Part shown: piece after piece, positions 26,690 to 43,719 of the stretch
How positions within the stretch are numbered: the stretch's first letter is position 1
Layout of the letters: every line of letters starts with the position of its first letter
Source of the DNA: the human T2T-CHM13v2.0 reference genome, Homo sapiens
Assembly: GCF_009914755.1 (NCBI RefSeq)
Contig: NC_060925.1
Length of the DNA: 64,000 nucleotides
Reading direction: 5' to 3' (one strand)
Position numbers and translations under genes: made by a program
Notes under the pieces: model-generated
The model's database searches: none
Told to the model about the DNA's origin: nothing
Seen by the model: only the letters and a program-made list of their open reading frames with translations

Positions 26690-26800
26690 TTCTAGACTAA
26701 CTTCTTTCAGGGCAGAATCCATGTCTGATGATCTTCATAACCCACTACTTTCCCAGAGCCTAGCACAATGCCTGACACAGGGTAGCTGCTCAATATATAT
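26690..26800 (+). mobile_element. L2 3' end
   Basis: cccagagcctagcacaatgcctgacacagggtagctgctcaata. Confidence 0.65.
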
Positions 26801-27219
26801 ATTTTTAGAGTGAAGCCATGAGAGAATAATTCAGTTAATGCTGACTCTTAAGACACCCAAGATGCACACATCATATGGTTGGGATAAGGCAGATCTGCTA
26901 GATCTTAGGAAAAATCAGATCTATAATCCTCTGAATCTGAATGAAAGGTGAGAGAGCCTTTTAAAACCGTTGACAATCATAAATTATGAAACCATTTTAA
27001 AATAAATTTGCTTATTTTATATTCAAAAATTTACCTTAACTCAAACTAGACCAACACAGGGTTATATAACAGAAGTCAGGTACAGGAATGATGTGTTATT
27101 TACATAGCAATTGTTAGCATATCAATAGATACTTCTGCAGTGTTGAGGGTTCTTGAAGGTAGTTGTTCTTTTCAGGGTTTTAAGCATTCATCATAGAAAT
27201 GTATTTTACTGAAAAATAT

Positions 27220-27815
27220 TGTATAGGTGGAGCACTTACACTGCAAGCATATAAATTGGCACAAATGCTTTGGCAGTGTCTAGTAAATCTGAACAAAGGT
27301 CTACCTTATGGCCCTGTGATATTCTTGGGCATCTACCCAACAGAGTGAGTGCTATGACTCCAGTGTACACATACAAGAACGTTCATGGAAGCATTATTTA
27401 TAATAGCCCCGAACTGGGAGAAACCCTAGTATCTGTCAATGGATAGAAAAACGAATATATTTACACAATAGAATACTTCATGGCAATAAAAAAGAGAACT
27501 TACTAACCACTGCACACAACAGGAGACATTGTTGAGAGAAACAAACTAGCTACAAAAGAACACATACCATGTGATCTCATTTATAAGAAGGCCAAGAGCA
27601 GGGAAAACTAGACAGTGATAGAGATCAGAATGGTGGTTACTTTGCGGTGGAACACTGACCTGGTGGAGCCATGAGAGAGCCTTCTAGTGTGCTGGAAATA
27701 GTCTCTATGTATGTTGGACTAGTGGTTTCATGGGTGTATACATGTGTAAAATTTCATCAAGCTGTATACTTTTTGTGTCTTTTATCTCAAAGATTGTACC
27801 TCAACTGAAAAAAAA
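27220..27815 (+). mobile_element. L1ME-type 3' end
   Basis: gaacgttcatggaagcattatttataatagccccgaactgg...gggtgtatacatgtgtaaaatttcatcaagctgta. Confidence 0.75.
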
Positions 27816-28249
27816 TGGAAACCTGATATGTGTATAATATTTTATATATAATAGTATATATAATTGGTTTTATAAATAATATTTTAATATATGCCTTATA
27901 TATATTACATATATAATTTTTTAAGAGCACCATGGATTGCAACAAAAATGTTTAAGATGGAGTCCCTGCCCTAGAAGAGATTCAAAATTAGTTATAAGAG
28001 ATAAAATGTATGCTTCAACAACTGTGATGAAAAGCGGTGTGTGAAGATGTTAGGCGAGTGGTCCACATGAATGTCCTAGGGTTGCAGGGAGTGGATAAAA
28101 CAGGGAGGGAAAACAGAGCACTCTACACTGAAGCTAAGCTCTGACTGTCTCCTGCATTTGTGCCCCATCCATTTTCTCTCTCTTTTCTAAATCTCCTCTA
28201 CAATTCGTCCGGTGCAAATAACTGTGTTCCAGTCTCCCCTCCTGAATCT

Positions 28250-29852
28250 TCCTCCTCAGTGCACTCTCCAAGCTCTCTCCTTCCCTTCCCAGCTGAGCTT
28301 CTGGATGAAATCATCTACCTTCTGTTACCACTTCCTTGACCCGCTGTCTTCCGGCTTCTCTCCGCCTCTCCCCAGTGAGTCTTCCTTCACTGACTTCTGC
28401 ATCATCTGATACTGTGGAATACATCCCCTTTCTTCCAAAGTCATCCTTTCCTTGTTTCCTGATGAGACGCTTTGCTTCCTCCTCTTTGCCTGCCTTTCTT
28501 GCTGAGCTCATTTTCCTCTGCCTTTGGTGTTTTTGGAGCAGCATGTTCAGTCTGTGACTCTGCTCATGTTTTGGCCTCTCCCTTGACAAGTGTCTTAGAC
28601 CATTTGGGCTGCTAAAATAATACTATAGGTGAGGTAATTTATATAAAACAAATTTATTACCCACAGTTCTATAGGCTGGGATGCCCAAGATGAAGGTGCC
28701 AGCAGATCTGGTATCTGGTAAGGGCCTGTTCCTCATAGATGGTGGCTTCTATGTGTCCTCATATGGAAGAAGAAGGAAGGGTATACAAGCTCCCTTGGGT
28801 CTCTTGAATAAGGACACTAACTCTACTCAAGAGGGCAGAGCCCTCATGACCTAACTGCTCCCCAAAGGCCCCACCTCTTAATACTGTCACATTGGGGGTC
28901 AGGTCTCAACATATGAATTTGGGAGGACACAAATATTCAGACCATAACAGCAAGTTTTTACCTCCATCTGCTGATGTCCCTGGGATCTGGGATCTCCACA
29001 CCACTCTCCTGATCTTGGGACTGCATGTACACAGTTTGATGGATGTCTGTGTGTGGCTGCCTCATACAGAAATCAAGGGCAACATGTTAAAAGCCCTAAT
29101 CAGTATTTTCTGTCACATCTTTCCCTTACCGCTCAGTTACTATTCAGTGAATGGTACCTTCATCTACTCAGAGGAACCAGGGAGTCATTTCTGATCTCTC
29201 CCTCTTCTTTCCCTCCCCATTACGCCCCTGGCAACCCAGGCCTATTGGTCCTCCGTTTCAATAACTCTCAGATCTGCCTCTACATCTTTAACCTCGGTGT
29301 TCTGCTTTTCTCCCCAGTCATTCCTCATCTAGGTATTGCAAGTCACTGAACTTATTTCCTTATTTCCAGTCTCATCCTCAGCTAGGCCTTCAAATGATGA
29401 TCTACCAAAAATTAGGATCCGATCATACTTCTTCCCAGCTTCCTTCTAAGATCAAAGCCCAGTTCCTTAGCTCAGACCACCACCCTCAATGTCTTCTTTG
29501 TCTTCTTTTCTTTTCAGACTTACCTCCTTCCCCCTTTCTCTGGGGCAGCCTGAACTCTACCCATAGTACATGCTAGTTTCCCCAATGTTCCTCACTCTTA
29601 TATCTGCCTGAAACCCTCTCCTCCCCTTTCACCTCCATCACAGAACTACCAGTTGTCCTTCATGTCCTAACTCCTGCAAGTGAAGATGGACCCTCTGTCC
29701 TCCCTGCGCTCATAACACCTACAGTACTGCAGCTATTTGCCTCTTGCCCCCACTGGATAAGCTCTCAGAAGGCAGCTATGTGTCTTCTTCATCCTTGTAT
29801 CCCAAGCACATGGCTCAGAGTTGGTGTCCAAACATTTTATTGCATAAATGAG
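28250..29852 (+). mobile_element. L2 (degenerate), interrupted by MLT1A
   Basis: Pyrimidine-rich L2 body ending ccactggataagctctcagaaggcag...ttgtatcccaagcacatggc. Confidence 0.6.
28591..28949 (-). mobile_element. MLT1A MaLR solo LTR
   Basis: TG...CA termini, gggcctgttcctcatagatgg, aaggccccacctcttaatac; 5-bp TSD acaag/gcaag. Confidence 0.85.
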
Positions 29853-31094
29853 AAAATGTTCAGTCCTTAGGTACATAGACTTTTTTTTGCCTCAAAGATA
29901 CATAGCTCAGCAACTGCATTTCTAGCACTGTCACTGTTTCTATTTCTGAATCTAATTGCCATTGCACAAAACTGTTCAGGGTAGAAGCTGCAGTAAGTGG
30001 AATGGCCCAACAACTCTTTTCCAACACAAATGCTTCGTGCTTTTGTGAGATTGTTGCAGTCTTAAAACTGTGTAGATCTTTGGAGTTTTAAGCAGAAAAA
30101 AAAAATCACTGTTCAGCATGCTGCCTGGGAAATTACCCCCTGCTGAAAAGCCCTTTTCTCCAGGATCCCTTCCTCCTCCTCCTGCAAATTCAGATGAACA
30201 ACATTGGAAAATCACAAATCTAAGAAATCCACAAGGACAATCCCATGGGCACATGAATTGCTGCATGGGCCAGAACCACAAGGCCCAAGAGTACAGTGTT
30301 CTCTTTCTATAGGCCCCACAAGATGCTGGGCTGTCTTCCTAATAGCAAGTTCAGAGGGCCAAGGGCACCCCACACAGAGGTCGGCACCAGGAATTTACCT
30401 GAAACTTCTTTTGACATGCTTTCTGTGCTCACACTCAACTCCTCTTGGATAGTGAGTTTTGTGAGTTTAATACTTGTTGGCAACAAAAAAAGCATTTCTT
30501 TTCATTTTACCTAAAAGTCCTTTTGCTCAAATGTCACTGACCCATTCCTAAACCTACAACACTGGGGTTGGGTCAACTAGGACTTGCTTTTCCATCTCTG
30601 TGTGCTATTGGGGATTTTATGGGCATCTTAAGCAGCCCATCTCAGCCTTCAGCTTTCCAGACTGAAGTAAATATATTGCATCTGAAAGAAGGTCCTGAAC
30701 ATAATAAATATTGAATAATGATAATGGAGTTGAATCATGATAAGAGCTGCTTTTAAAAGGGAATTTAAATTCCTGCCACAAGTCCAAGATGTGAGAATTA
30801 ACTAATAAATCATTGCAAGTACAGTGTTGAGGTGAAACAAATGAGTGTGCTCAGGTCCCCCTCAGTAGAGGCACATGTGTTCGTGTGTCCCCGTATTTTC
30901 TCCCATCTGTTTCTGTTTCCAAGTGAGAAATATGCCCTCCGTGTGCACGGCAGCCTGCCTTTGCGGGATGGCTGGATGCTTTTCTGAACCTTTCTATGGA
31001 CAGTACACGTGTATAGGGATGATTTCTCTCCTATTAGGAGGAGGACGGGGAGGAGGAAGATAGGAGAGGGAAAGAGGGAACCTAATGTGTTCCC

Positions 31095-31320
31095 AGCTCC
31101 TATTTCATGCCAGGCATTGCTCTAGGTGTTTTAAGTGGATCACATCCTTTAGCCTCCACAGCAACCCTGCGAAGGAGATGGGGACCCCTTGTATACACAT
31201 GAGGAAACTGAGGCTCAGCAAACCTGGGTGACTTGCCCAGGATGCTTGGATCAGAATTTTGGACTTCCAAGCCAGGTCTGTTGGAGCCCAAAGTCATGCT
31301 TTGTTAATGACACCATCCTA
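31095..31320 (-). mobile_element. MIR
   Basis: atgaggaaactgaggctcag...gtgacttgcccagg. Confidence 0.8.
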
Positions 31321-32288
31321 GGTCCCTTACCCCATGTGACCTCCCACCACCAGAGAGGCATGACTTCCTGCCCCTGTCCAGAGTGATAGGATTGTTCCCC
31401 TTACTGCCTTTGCCATTCCGCTCAGACACTTAAGCCAGGAACCCACCCAGACTCATAAAGTGCTACATGAGTTGGCCCAGCACCAACTTTCCTTTTTCTT
31501 CCTTTATCTACTTGCGGAAGCACATGGGCAAGACGGCAGCAGTGACTTACCCCTAGAAGAATAAAATCTTGAGTGGGTGCAGCCTGAGTGGTGTGGCTGG
31601 ACACTCTAACAATGGAAGGATGTCCCTGAGCTTTTGAAGGGCGTTGACATTCACTGCTATAAAGCAAAGGTGGAGAGAGGATAGCAGCCACAGTGGCGGG
31701 GTGGGGTGCAGGCTGAGGGAAAGCAGGGGTGGAAGCTACAGCGTTTTCCAGGGTGAAAAGGAGGAATGAAGGGGACTGGAGACAGTTCTGTGGCTATCAT
31801 TTGAGCTGTTTGTAATCTGAGGTAAATCCCATGTTTTTATTCACACCTGTTTTTATTTAGCCTTCAAACCTGGCCTTTGCGTATGATGAATTTTCTCCAC
31901 ATCCTAGGCCAGACATGCAAAGGCCCCCAAGATCCTAAATGGTGAAAACTATGAAATGTATGAGGAAGCCCGCCCAAGAGCAGACTTTATAAGTCATCTT
32001 CCTTCTGTCCCAGGTGTGTTCTTGCTTCTGTTAAGTAAGAGATGAGATTTGTCACTCTCTGCTTCCTCTTCTTCCTTCCTAAGTTTCTCCCCATTCCAGG
32101 GCCTGGCCATTGGCCATGAGGGCAGACAGGGACAAGTGGGTAATGCCTAGGTGCTGCAGACTCATCAAGACAGACTGCTATTCTGACAGCTCTGCAGCTT
32201 GTGTTCCTGTACCACATTTTAGGAGCTACAATCCCACCTCTCTGGGTGGTGTGGCAGAAACACAGCCAGGTTCTAAGATGGGGCAAGG

Positions 32289-32730
32289 ACTACTCATAAT
32301 AGCAAAGACATGGAACCAACCAAAATGCCCATCAATGACAGACTAGATAAAGAAAATGTGGTACATATACACCATGGAATACTATGCAGCCACAAAAAAG
32401 AATGAGATCATGTCCTTTGCAGGGACATGGATGAAGCTGGAAGCCAGCATCCTCAGCAAAGTAACACAGGAACAGAAAACCAAACACCACATGTTCTCAC
32501 TCATAAGTGGGAGCTTAACAATGAGAACACATGGACACAGGGAGTGGAACAACACACAGTGAGGCCTGTTGAGTGAGGGACATCAGGACAAATAGCTAAT
32601 GCATGTGGGGCTTAAAACCTAGGTGATGGGCTCATAGGTGCAGCAAACCACCATGGCACATGTATACCTATGTAACAAACCCTCATGTTCTGCACATGTA
32701 TCCCAGAACTAAAAATTTAAAAAAAAAAAA
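32289..32730 (+). mobile_element. Short 5'-truncated L1PA (about PA10-11) 3' end
   Basis: ggacaaatagctaatgcatgtggggcttaaaacctaggtgatggg; poly(A); perfect 14-bp TSD aagatggggcaagg at 32275-32288 and 32731-32744. Confidence 0.93.
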
Positions 32731-32852
32731 AAGATGGGGCAAGGGAGCCTGGGGGTGGGCAGGCCAGAGGCTGAGGCCTGGGACTTTGACTGGGAGGGCA
32801 GCAAACACCTCAAAAAGCACCACCTTCCCTGAGTGTCTTGCTGTTTGACCAC

Positions 32853-33224
32853 TATTATCAACTGAATTGGGTTACCCCCAATCCATATGTTGAAGTCTTA
32901 ACTCCTCCAGTGTACTTGGAAATGGGGCTTAGGAGGAGGTAATTAAGGTTAAATGAGGTTATGAGGATGGAGCCCTGATCCAATAGGATTAGTGTCCTCA
33001 TAAGAAGAGAAACCTAGAGCTTGCTTCCTCTCTTTCTGCCATGAGAGGACACAGAGAGAAGGTGGCCCTCTGCAAGCCAGGAAGAGAGCCCTCACCAGGA
33101 ACCAAATTGGCCTGCACCTTGATCTTGGACTTTGCAGGCTGTAGAACTGTGAGAAATACATTTCTGTTGTCTAAGCCACACAGTCCATGGTATTTCATAT
33201 TGGCAGCCTGAACAGATTCATACA
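32853..33224 (+). mobile_element. MLT1A0 MaLR solo LTR
   Basis: gtaattaaggttaaatgagg...gcaagccaggaagagagccctcacc...gaactgtgagaaatacatttctgttg...aca. Confidence 0.85.
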
Positions 33225-33312
33225 AATGGATGAATTTGTATAGGAGTCAATTGCAAACTGATCAAACTCTTCGGTTTCCTTATGCTTCTCAATGAATTTT
33301 CACCTAGGCTAA

Positions 33313-36425
<3,113 letters not shown>

Positions 36426-36436
36426 ATATTGTTTCA

Positions 36437-36580
<144 letters not shown>

Positions 36581-38313
36581 TTATTTCAGACCAGAATGAA
36601 GAATTAGCAAAATTCAAAAAAATTTTAAAAAGAATATTGTTGTTTCAAATACTTTCCCAGCTTGTGATTTAGTTTTATTAATGACATTATTTTGAAGTAT
36701 AGTAATTAAAAAATTGAGTGGAAACAAAAAAAAAAAAAAAAAAGAAAAATCTGGCTTTACAAACTGAGTGTGATTCTTTAACTAGACCTTTCTTGTTTCC
36801 TACCAAAAATATGAGGTCTTAAAAAATTATGTTTACTTGAATTCTTCATATTTTTATTCTGTGAAATAAAGGTGCATATGGATATGAAACAAATATTGGA
36901 ATTGACTTCATGAGAATAAGCGTGCCTTAGGCTTCAGGAATGGCTAGATAGGGCCCTTCACAGCTACCCAGAGAGAATGGGGTGGGGGGAGGGGGTGGGA
37001 ATGGGGTATGTGCAAGGAAGCTTAATGTATGCTATTTTGTGGTTCTAGCAAGGTAACCCCTTGACATCATTTAAACCTATTATGTTTCTAATTTTCAGCA
37101 GCAAACATGAGCATTTCTGACCCAGTCTTTTATGTACAAGGAGGCTCCATTCCATCTGTCCAGGCCTTGCCTCTGCCTCTGCTCTAGGCCACCGATTTAT
37201 TAAAATGTGATCCTGATGCTGCACTCACATAGTTCCCATAGCCCAGAATGCACCAGAGGACCCACAAAGATGTATTTTATTCACCTTCTCATCACATAAA
37301 TGCAGTTGTAGAGCTGCTTCTCTCTGCCTCCATGAGAGTGCGGTGTGAACCAGCATTCAAACTCCTCATTTTTTTTCTTGGATCCCAGACACAAATAAGA
37401 ATAAAGCATGCTTACATGCCCAGGACGTTTCTAAGCTCCAGTGCCACAAAATTTCCTAGTACTGAGAATGCAAGTCTGTCATTATGGTATTTGCAGAACT
37501 AAAGACTGTGTTTAAGGCTTCAAAATGATGCTTATTTTACCCCTTTCCTGGACTGTCATGCCCAAAGCACTACATGCATAGTCTTTCTCAAGGAAATTTG
37601 CCAGGGAAGGCAGAACGGATCTCATCACATAGGAATTGTTTTGGGTTGGTTTCAAGCTGCAGAGTCTGGGGTAGAAGGAAGTTCTCCTGAGGACTGCCCT
37701 AGGGAAGGAGAATCTACACAGGGTTGTATACTACACAGCCAACGGGCTGCCAGTCTCAGAAACTGTGATGGGAAGGATACCTCCTTGGAGCTGAACACTG
37801 TGGCAGCCCTATGTCACCTATGGGAAGTGGGCGACTATGGAAGACATTGAATCCTGAAGTAGAGAGTGTGATAGGGGAAACTGGTGCCTCGGTGGATGAA
37901 TGAGGATTCTGAGCTCTTCGGGGTAGAATAATGAGGGAAACAAGCAGATACCCAAACCCACCACATAGAACTCTAAAAGGAATCATGTTGGGAATGGAAG
38001 GCACAGAGGCATTTTCACTCTGGCAAAGTTCCGATTTTCTAAAAACACTTTCAAATCCATTTCCATTACTCAATGGTCCTGTCACTTTTAATTTCTTCTT
38101 TTTTTCCAAACCCATAATGCAATTAGAGAGATGGCATCCCACATCATTAATATCTCTATGATGCATTACCACATTTTTTAAAAAGGCTTTGTATTTTCTC
38201 TTGATTATAAGAGCAAAACCTGTTATTTGCCTGTGGCAAAGAAAGGAAGTCATATGCACAAAGGCATGTTCCAGGAAGATTAATCTGGAAGTGATATAGA
38301 AATGGATTGGGGT

Positions 38314-38620
38314 GGCCGGGTGCAGTGGCTCACACCTGTAATCCCAGCACTTTGGGAGGCTGAGGCAGGCAGATTGCCTGAGGTCGGGAGTTCAAGATCA
38401 GCCTGGCCAATATGGCAAAACGCTGTCTCTACTAAAAATACAAAAAATTAGCTGGGCATGGTGGCGGCACCTGTAATCCCAACTACTTGGGAGACTGAAG
38501 CAGGAGAATTGCTTGAACCCTGGAGGCAGAGGTTGCGCCACTGCACTCCAGCCTGGGCGTGACACAGCGAGACTCCATCTCAAAAAAAAAAAAAAAACAA
38601 AACAAAACAACAACAAAAAA
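38314..38620 (+). mobile_element. AluS with a small right-arm deletion
   Basis: Dimer lacking agtgagccgagatc; TSD core gattgggg. Confidence 0.93.
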
Positions 38621-38749
38621 GATTGGGGGAAAAATAGCAACACTTGGGGAAAGGAGACTGCTCCTTTCCCTTCATTCATTCAGCAGACATTTACTGGGCA
38701 CTTGCTATGTGTCAGTCTGGGTGGTAAGTGCCAGGTATCTAGAGATGAT

Positions 38750-39183
38750 ACCTGGTATTACATCAAGAAGCAGATGCCAAAACAGGATGTGATGTGCAAT
38801 AAGTACATTGGAGGGAATGCTTATGAAAGATAAAGGAGGGAAGCAGGAGCAGGTGGGAGAGTCTTCAGACTGTGATGCAAGACTGGCAGCTGTGGAAGGA
38901 GGGAGGGAAGGAAGAGCATGGGCCCAGTGCACTGTGGAGAACATCTCAGCTGGGTCAACAGAGAGCCTCCAGAACAAAGGCTGTCTGCTAGAGGAGCCCC
39001 ATATGGGACAAAAATGGGCCAGACTTCGTACTCCTTAGGGTGCATTGGCTGAGGGTAGACTGGGAGAAATGTGAATACCATGGTGTATCCAAAAGGTGGC
39101 AGCTGCAGGCTGTCAGCCAACTACATTTCCTGCAGCAGCTTCTTTTGAAGGACATCTGAGTGGAGCGCTTCCATGGCCAACAC
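38750..39183 (-). mobile_element. LTR16-family ERVL solo LTR
   Basis: agaagcagatgccaaaacagga...gataaaggaggg...ttcagactgtgatgca...gctgtcagccaactac. Confidence 0.65.
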
Positions 39184-39529
39184 AGCCTTCCAGGAGCTCT
39201 CGATGTAGATATATAACATGACGTCACAGCTGCATTCCAAGCCTGAGGACTAGCCCTTTGAGGTTAGATATTCATTCCCTGTTCAATCAGCTCCAGCCTA
39301 GGTTGGCGAGCAGTGTCCGTGCCTGGCTGTGATAAGGGGGTAGGTGCTACTCATATGCCCAGGACAGAAGGGAGATGGGTAATATAACACAATTATGTAT
39401 AAGATACAGTGGAGGAGAATTAACCAACCGCTTAGAAAAGAGTAGTCAGGGAAGAGTTCAAGGTTAAAGGGATGTGACAGTTGAGTTTTAAAACATGATT
39501 GGAACGTGTCATATACACAGGAGGATATA

Positions 39530-39770
39530 CAGTATAATTCATTTCATTGGAATCCTGGATTCATATCCCAGCTCTGTCACTTATCAGCTGTGTGACCTTG
39601 GGTACGCCTCTTAACCTCTTTTAAGTCCCAGTTTCTTCATCTGTAAAATGGAGATCATGATAGCACCTATTTTATAGAATAGTTATGAAGATGCACGCAA
39701 ATTCATTAGCAAGTGCCTGACCTATGGTATGTGATCAAAAAATAGTATCACTATTCTTGTCATTACTATT
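39530..39770 (+). mobile_element. MIR
   Basis: cccagctctgtcacttatcagctgtgtgaccttgg...cagtttcttcatctgtaaaatgg. Confidence 0.85.
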
Positions 39771-40544
39771 TTTAGCATCCCCAACCATGAAAATATCTGT
39801 ACAAAGGTGTGCTAGGACGGAGGGCAGCCAGTCCAGGGAGCTGCTGGTGGTTCTCTATGGCTGGATCTCACAGATTAAGGGAAGGCGTCATAGAATACAA
39901 GGCTGGGGAAACAGTCCCAGTCTGAGGAAAACCTTGTGTGCTACATAAGATAGTTCAGACTTCCCTCTAGGCTCTGAGAGGCTGTTAAAGGATGTTACTT
40001 AGGGAAGGAGATGATCAGATATGCATTTTTAAAAATCTGCCTCCTAAAGATTCTTGAATCCACAAAGATACTAAAAAGGACACAGGAAGAGTAAACAATT
40101 GTCAGGATCTGAAAGAGTGAAAAGAAAGTCACTTTGGACTGAAAAAGTAAAAAGGAATCCAGTTAATCAGGCTGGAGAGACAGATATAGATAAAAATCAG
40201 CCCCAAAGTTAACAGGGGACCTTGTATTACCTGAGGTCATGCAGTGGCTGTAAAATGAGTGACTACTACTTTTCTTTCCACAACACCCCCAGGCTCCCTT
40301 TGTTAAATCCTTCTATTACTGAGATTACTCAATTGCTAAACTGCCCTGGCCTCGAGATAGCACTGAATTATCCCCACTTTCCCTCTCCCAGCTTTGGAAA
40401 GGAAACAGTATAGAGCTGATCCCCGCTCAGCAGCCTCTGCAGGTCCTCTGGAGTATCCTCCTTTGCTGTATGTGTGTCAGGCTACAGGTTTATCCCTGGT
40501 GGTCTTTGGGTGATATGGGTAGTTTTTTTTTCTTTTAAAAAAAA

Positions 40545-40657
40545 AATTTTAATTAATTAATTATTTTTTGGTAGATGGGTCTTGCTGTTTTGCACAGGCT
40601 GAACTTCAACTCCTGGGCTCAAGTGATCCTCTCGCCTCAGCCTCCTGAATAGCTGGG
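40545..40657 (-). mobile_element. FLAM/AluJ monomer fragment
   Basis: aactcctgggctcaagtgatcctctcgcctcagcctcc. Confidence 0.75.
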
Positions 40658-40804
40658 TATGATACGGTTTTGATAATATGCACACTGCAAAAGCAAAGTA
40701 TTGCTGATAACAATGTGCTAATCAGCAGTGTCACTGGAAACCACTGAGCTAATGCTTGGAATAAAGTGCAAGAGGAACAACTCTAATCAGAAATCTGGAT
40801 AAGA

Positions 40805-41103
40805 GGTGTGGTACGGTGGCTCACACTTCTAATTCCAGCATTTTGGAAGGCCAAGGCAGGCAGATCACTTGAGGTCAGGAGTTTGAGATCTGCCTGGCCA
40901 ACATGGCGAAACCCCGTCTCTACTAAAATTACAAAAATTAGCTGGGTGTGGTGGTGCACACCTGTAATCCCAGCTACTTGGGAGTCTGAGGCAGGAGAAT
41001 CGTTTGGACCCAGGAGGCAGAGGTTGCAGAGAGCCTAGATGGTGCCACTGAACTCCAGCCTGGGCAACAGAGTGAGGGAAAAAAAAAGAAAAGAAAAGAA
41101 AGA
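40805..41103 (+). mobile_element. AluS (Sz/Sx-like)
   Basis: Full dimer; TSD agaaatc(t/c)gga. Confidence 0.93.
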
Positions 41104-41339
41104 AATCCGGACAGGAACAGGCCTAGCCACACTTTCTGAGAATGTGTCAGCCCATACCTGGAGAATTACTTTCTCTTCTGGGACTACATCTTAGAAGAAA
41201 CACAGGCAAATAGAACCACATTCCAGGGAGAATGCTTAGGGTGCTAAAATCAGTAAAAAATAAATCACATAAGGAATGCTTGTAGAAAATGGGGGTATTT
41301 CGTTCTTGAAGGGAAAATGCAAGAAAACCACCCTCTGTT

Positions 41340-41630
41340 AACAAGACGTAATATTCAAAGGGCATTAAACTTGCCCATTAAGGCCTGGATGGATGGAATA
41401 GAACCAATGAGTAAAGCTATAGGCAGATTCAAGCTCGACAGAAGGAGAATTTCACTAACAGTCAGAGGGAACCGCACATCAACTGGACTGCCTGAGGAGC
41501 CTCCTTGTTACAGGAGCTACGGAGAAAGACTGGATGATGCCTTGGCCAGGTGTGGTACAAGGAACCGAAGCCTTATGGGGACTTTGGGCTAGGTGATTTT
41601 TAGGGCCCTCCCCTCTCAAAGTCTCTGTCC
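41340..41630 (+). mobile_element. L3/CR1 LINE 3' end
   Basis: ORF text GRFKLDRRRISLTVR resembles CR1 GRFRLDIRKNFLTVR; gactggatgatgcc. Confidence 0.6.
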
Positions 41631-41984
41631 TGAAAGTAGAGGCCCTCACTGGGCAGAAGAAGTCCCCTAACGCCAGCAATGCCTATAGCTCCCATCTCAA
41701 GCAGGTGGGAGGTGGGGCTATGAAACCAGTCCACAGCCCTCCAGTAAGGAACAGTCCTTCCTCAGAAGGAACTGTGACACCGTGTGACTCTGGTCACCTG
41801 GCTATGGCTGCCTGGACCAAAAAGGCTGGTGGGTTTGGAAGCAAAAACTGAAGAGAAAAGGAGAAAAAAACCAAAACAAAATCCAGAGTAGTTGGGCAAG
41901 CAGGACCATGAAGATAGCAGGAGTCCTGATAGGGCAGAAGCTGTAGGGCAGCATAAAGCTACAGGCATTCCCAGAAGCAATGCC

Positions 41985-42127
41985 AGGGAGGAGGGTTGAA
42001 GGGGAGGACGATTTAAAGGGAAGAGGGGAGGAGGGCTGGAAGGGAGGAAGTGAGGAGGGAAGGAGGAGGGGAGGGGAGGAGGGGAAAAAAGAGAGGAGGG
42101 GAGGTGGAGCTGGGAAGAGGAGAGAGT
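41985..42127 (+). repeat. GA-rich low-complexity tract
   Basis: Many GGA/GGG runs. Confidence 0.8.
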
Positions 42128-43099
42128 CTCCACAATGTTGCGAAATGGAAGAGCCTCTGGGGCCAAGATAATGGAGAGAAAAAATAGACTACTGCTGTCC
42201 CAGGTCCCTATGGTTCGGGCTCTTGTACCCTCTTCTGGCACCTGTGAAGCCAAGGTTCCCTGGGTTCCCCTGAGAGTTCAGTTGTTTTTATAGCCAAGCA
42301 CACCCATGGAATAAGCCCCTTACCTGAAGCTACATGAGTGAGACCTTGTTTTTTGAAATTCAAAGCATTTAAGAGAAGGCCAGAGGAGGAAAGCGGTGAC
42401 CATTTGGGCCTTGAAAGGAGAGGATGCAGCAGTGCATCTGGTAACCACCAGCACCAAAACTGGTGAATGCAAAGCTCTTCATCAGTGAGAGACTCAACTC
42501 CCCTCAGGCCCGTCACCCTCTCCCTGCATCCTACCCTCTGGAAGCCCACAGCTTCTCTCCCATCAGAATAACAAAGAACCCTGGAAGCAGAAAACAGTGC
42601 CCTGGTGAGTGAGGACTCCCCAGGTAGACAGAATACTAGATGTTTCAGCCAGAAGGAGTTTGACCACAGAGGAGAATGTTTGGTCACAGAGGCTTCCCTC
42701 TGTGAAAGTGAGAGGTATCTGAGGTGAAAGAACAACCTCCAAATCCTCCAATCCATCATGTTCCATTCTCCAAATGCAGACAGCAAGAGCCAGCTGCCCA
42801 GGAAGCCTGAGGCTGCAGAAGGACACTGGGGCATCTCTTACCAGGGCCCTTCTCCTTGGCCCAACTTTCTGTCTGTGAGATGACAGCAGTGTCCCTTGGA
42901 GTGGCGTGAGTTTTCATGAGAGTATTATTGATGAAGTCTTTTTTGATCCTTACTCTTTAAGGAAGATCCCTCCCTCCCTTGTTACTGCAGTGCAATACTG
43001 GACTCACCCTCAGTGCGTGAGTCCTAGTACTGGTGGCCACATCTGCTCCGACTGCACATTGCCCAGGCTGTTATAATGATTATTTTTGAATATCATTAT

Positions 43100-43215
43100 A
43101 TTTTTAACAGGTCATTTTCCTTGAGGGTCAGGGATCTCTTCTTTTTTCCATATCCTCAATATTCAGCTCAGTGTCTAGCATAGCATGGGGCTCAATGAAT
43201 GTCTGATAAATGAAT
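43100..43215 (+). mobile_element. L2 3' end
   Basis: ccttgagggtcaggg...cagtgtctagcatagcatggggctcaatgaatg. Confidence 0.6.
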
Positions 43216-43570
43216 GACCTTCAGAGAAAATAACCAAAGTTAAATTCTACAAATTGTTCAGCTGAGCTCTACATTCATCCCAAATGTCTGATTTCTAGAC
43301 CCCATGCCCAACCATGGTGCATCCAGTTTAAAACATAGTACATATTTGTACATTTAGGTTTTAATATACTGAGTTTCTCTGCTGTTGTCAACTTCTTCAT
43401 CAAGCTCCAGGCCCCTGGGGACACAGACCACATCACCAAGCTCTCTTATTAAGGCTTCAACGGATATAGTTGGAAGAAGAGTTCCCATCCTCTGAGTTTT
43501 GCTAGGATACACATAATTAAAAATGCAGAAAGTAAGACCACCACTAAATCATGACCTACTAAACAGATAA

Positions 43571-43671
43571 TTTTTTTTTTTTTTTTTTTGAGACACTGGT
43601 CTTGAAATCCTGGGCTCAGGAGATCTGTCTGGCTCAGCTGGGATTATAGGCATGAGCCACCATGACCAGCC
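43571..43671 (-). mobile_element. Internally deleted Alu/FLAM
   Basis: T-run, gagac, ctgggctcagg, gctgggattataggcatgagccacc. Confidence 0.8.
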
Positions 43672-43719
43672 AAGAGATGGAAAATGTAGACACTAAGGCA
43701 TGAGCTGTAAGGAAGATGA

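Noticed and set aside
38731-38755. 9-bp inverted repeat ccaggtatc/gatacctgg
   Set aside because: Short enough to arise by chance and sits at a repeat junction.
41762-42834. 163-aa and 208-aa minus-strand ORFs
   Set aside because: No recognisable domain. The first overlaps a GA-rich low-complexity tract, and such lengths are expected by chance in 64 kb.
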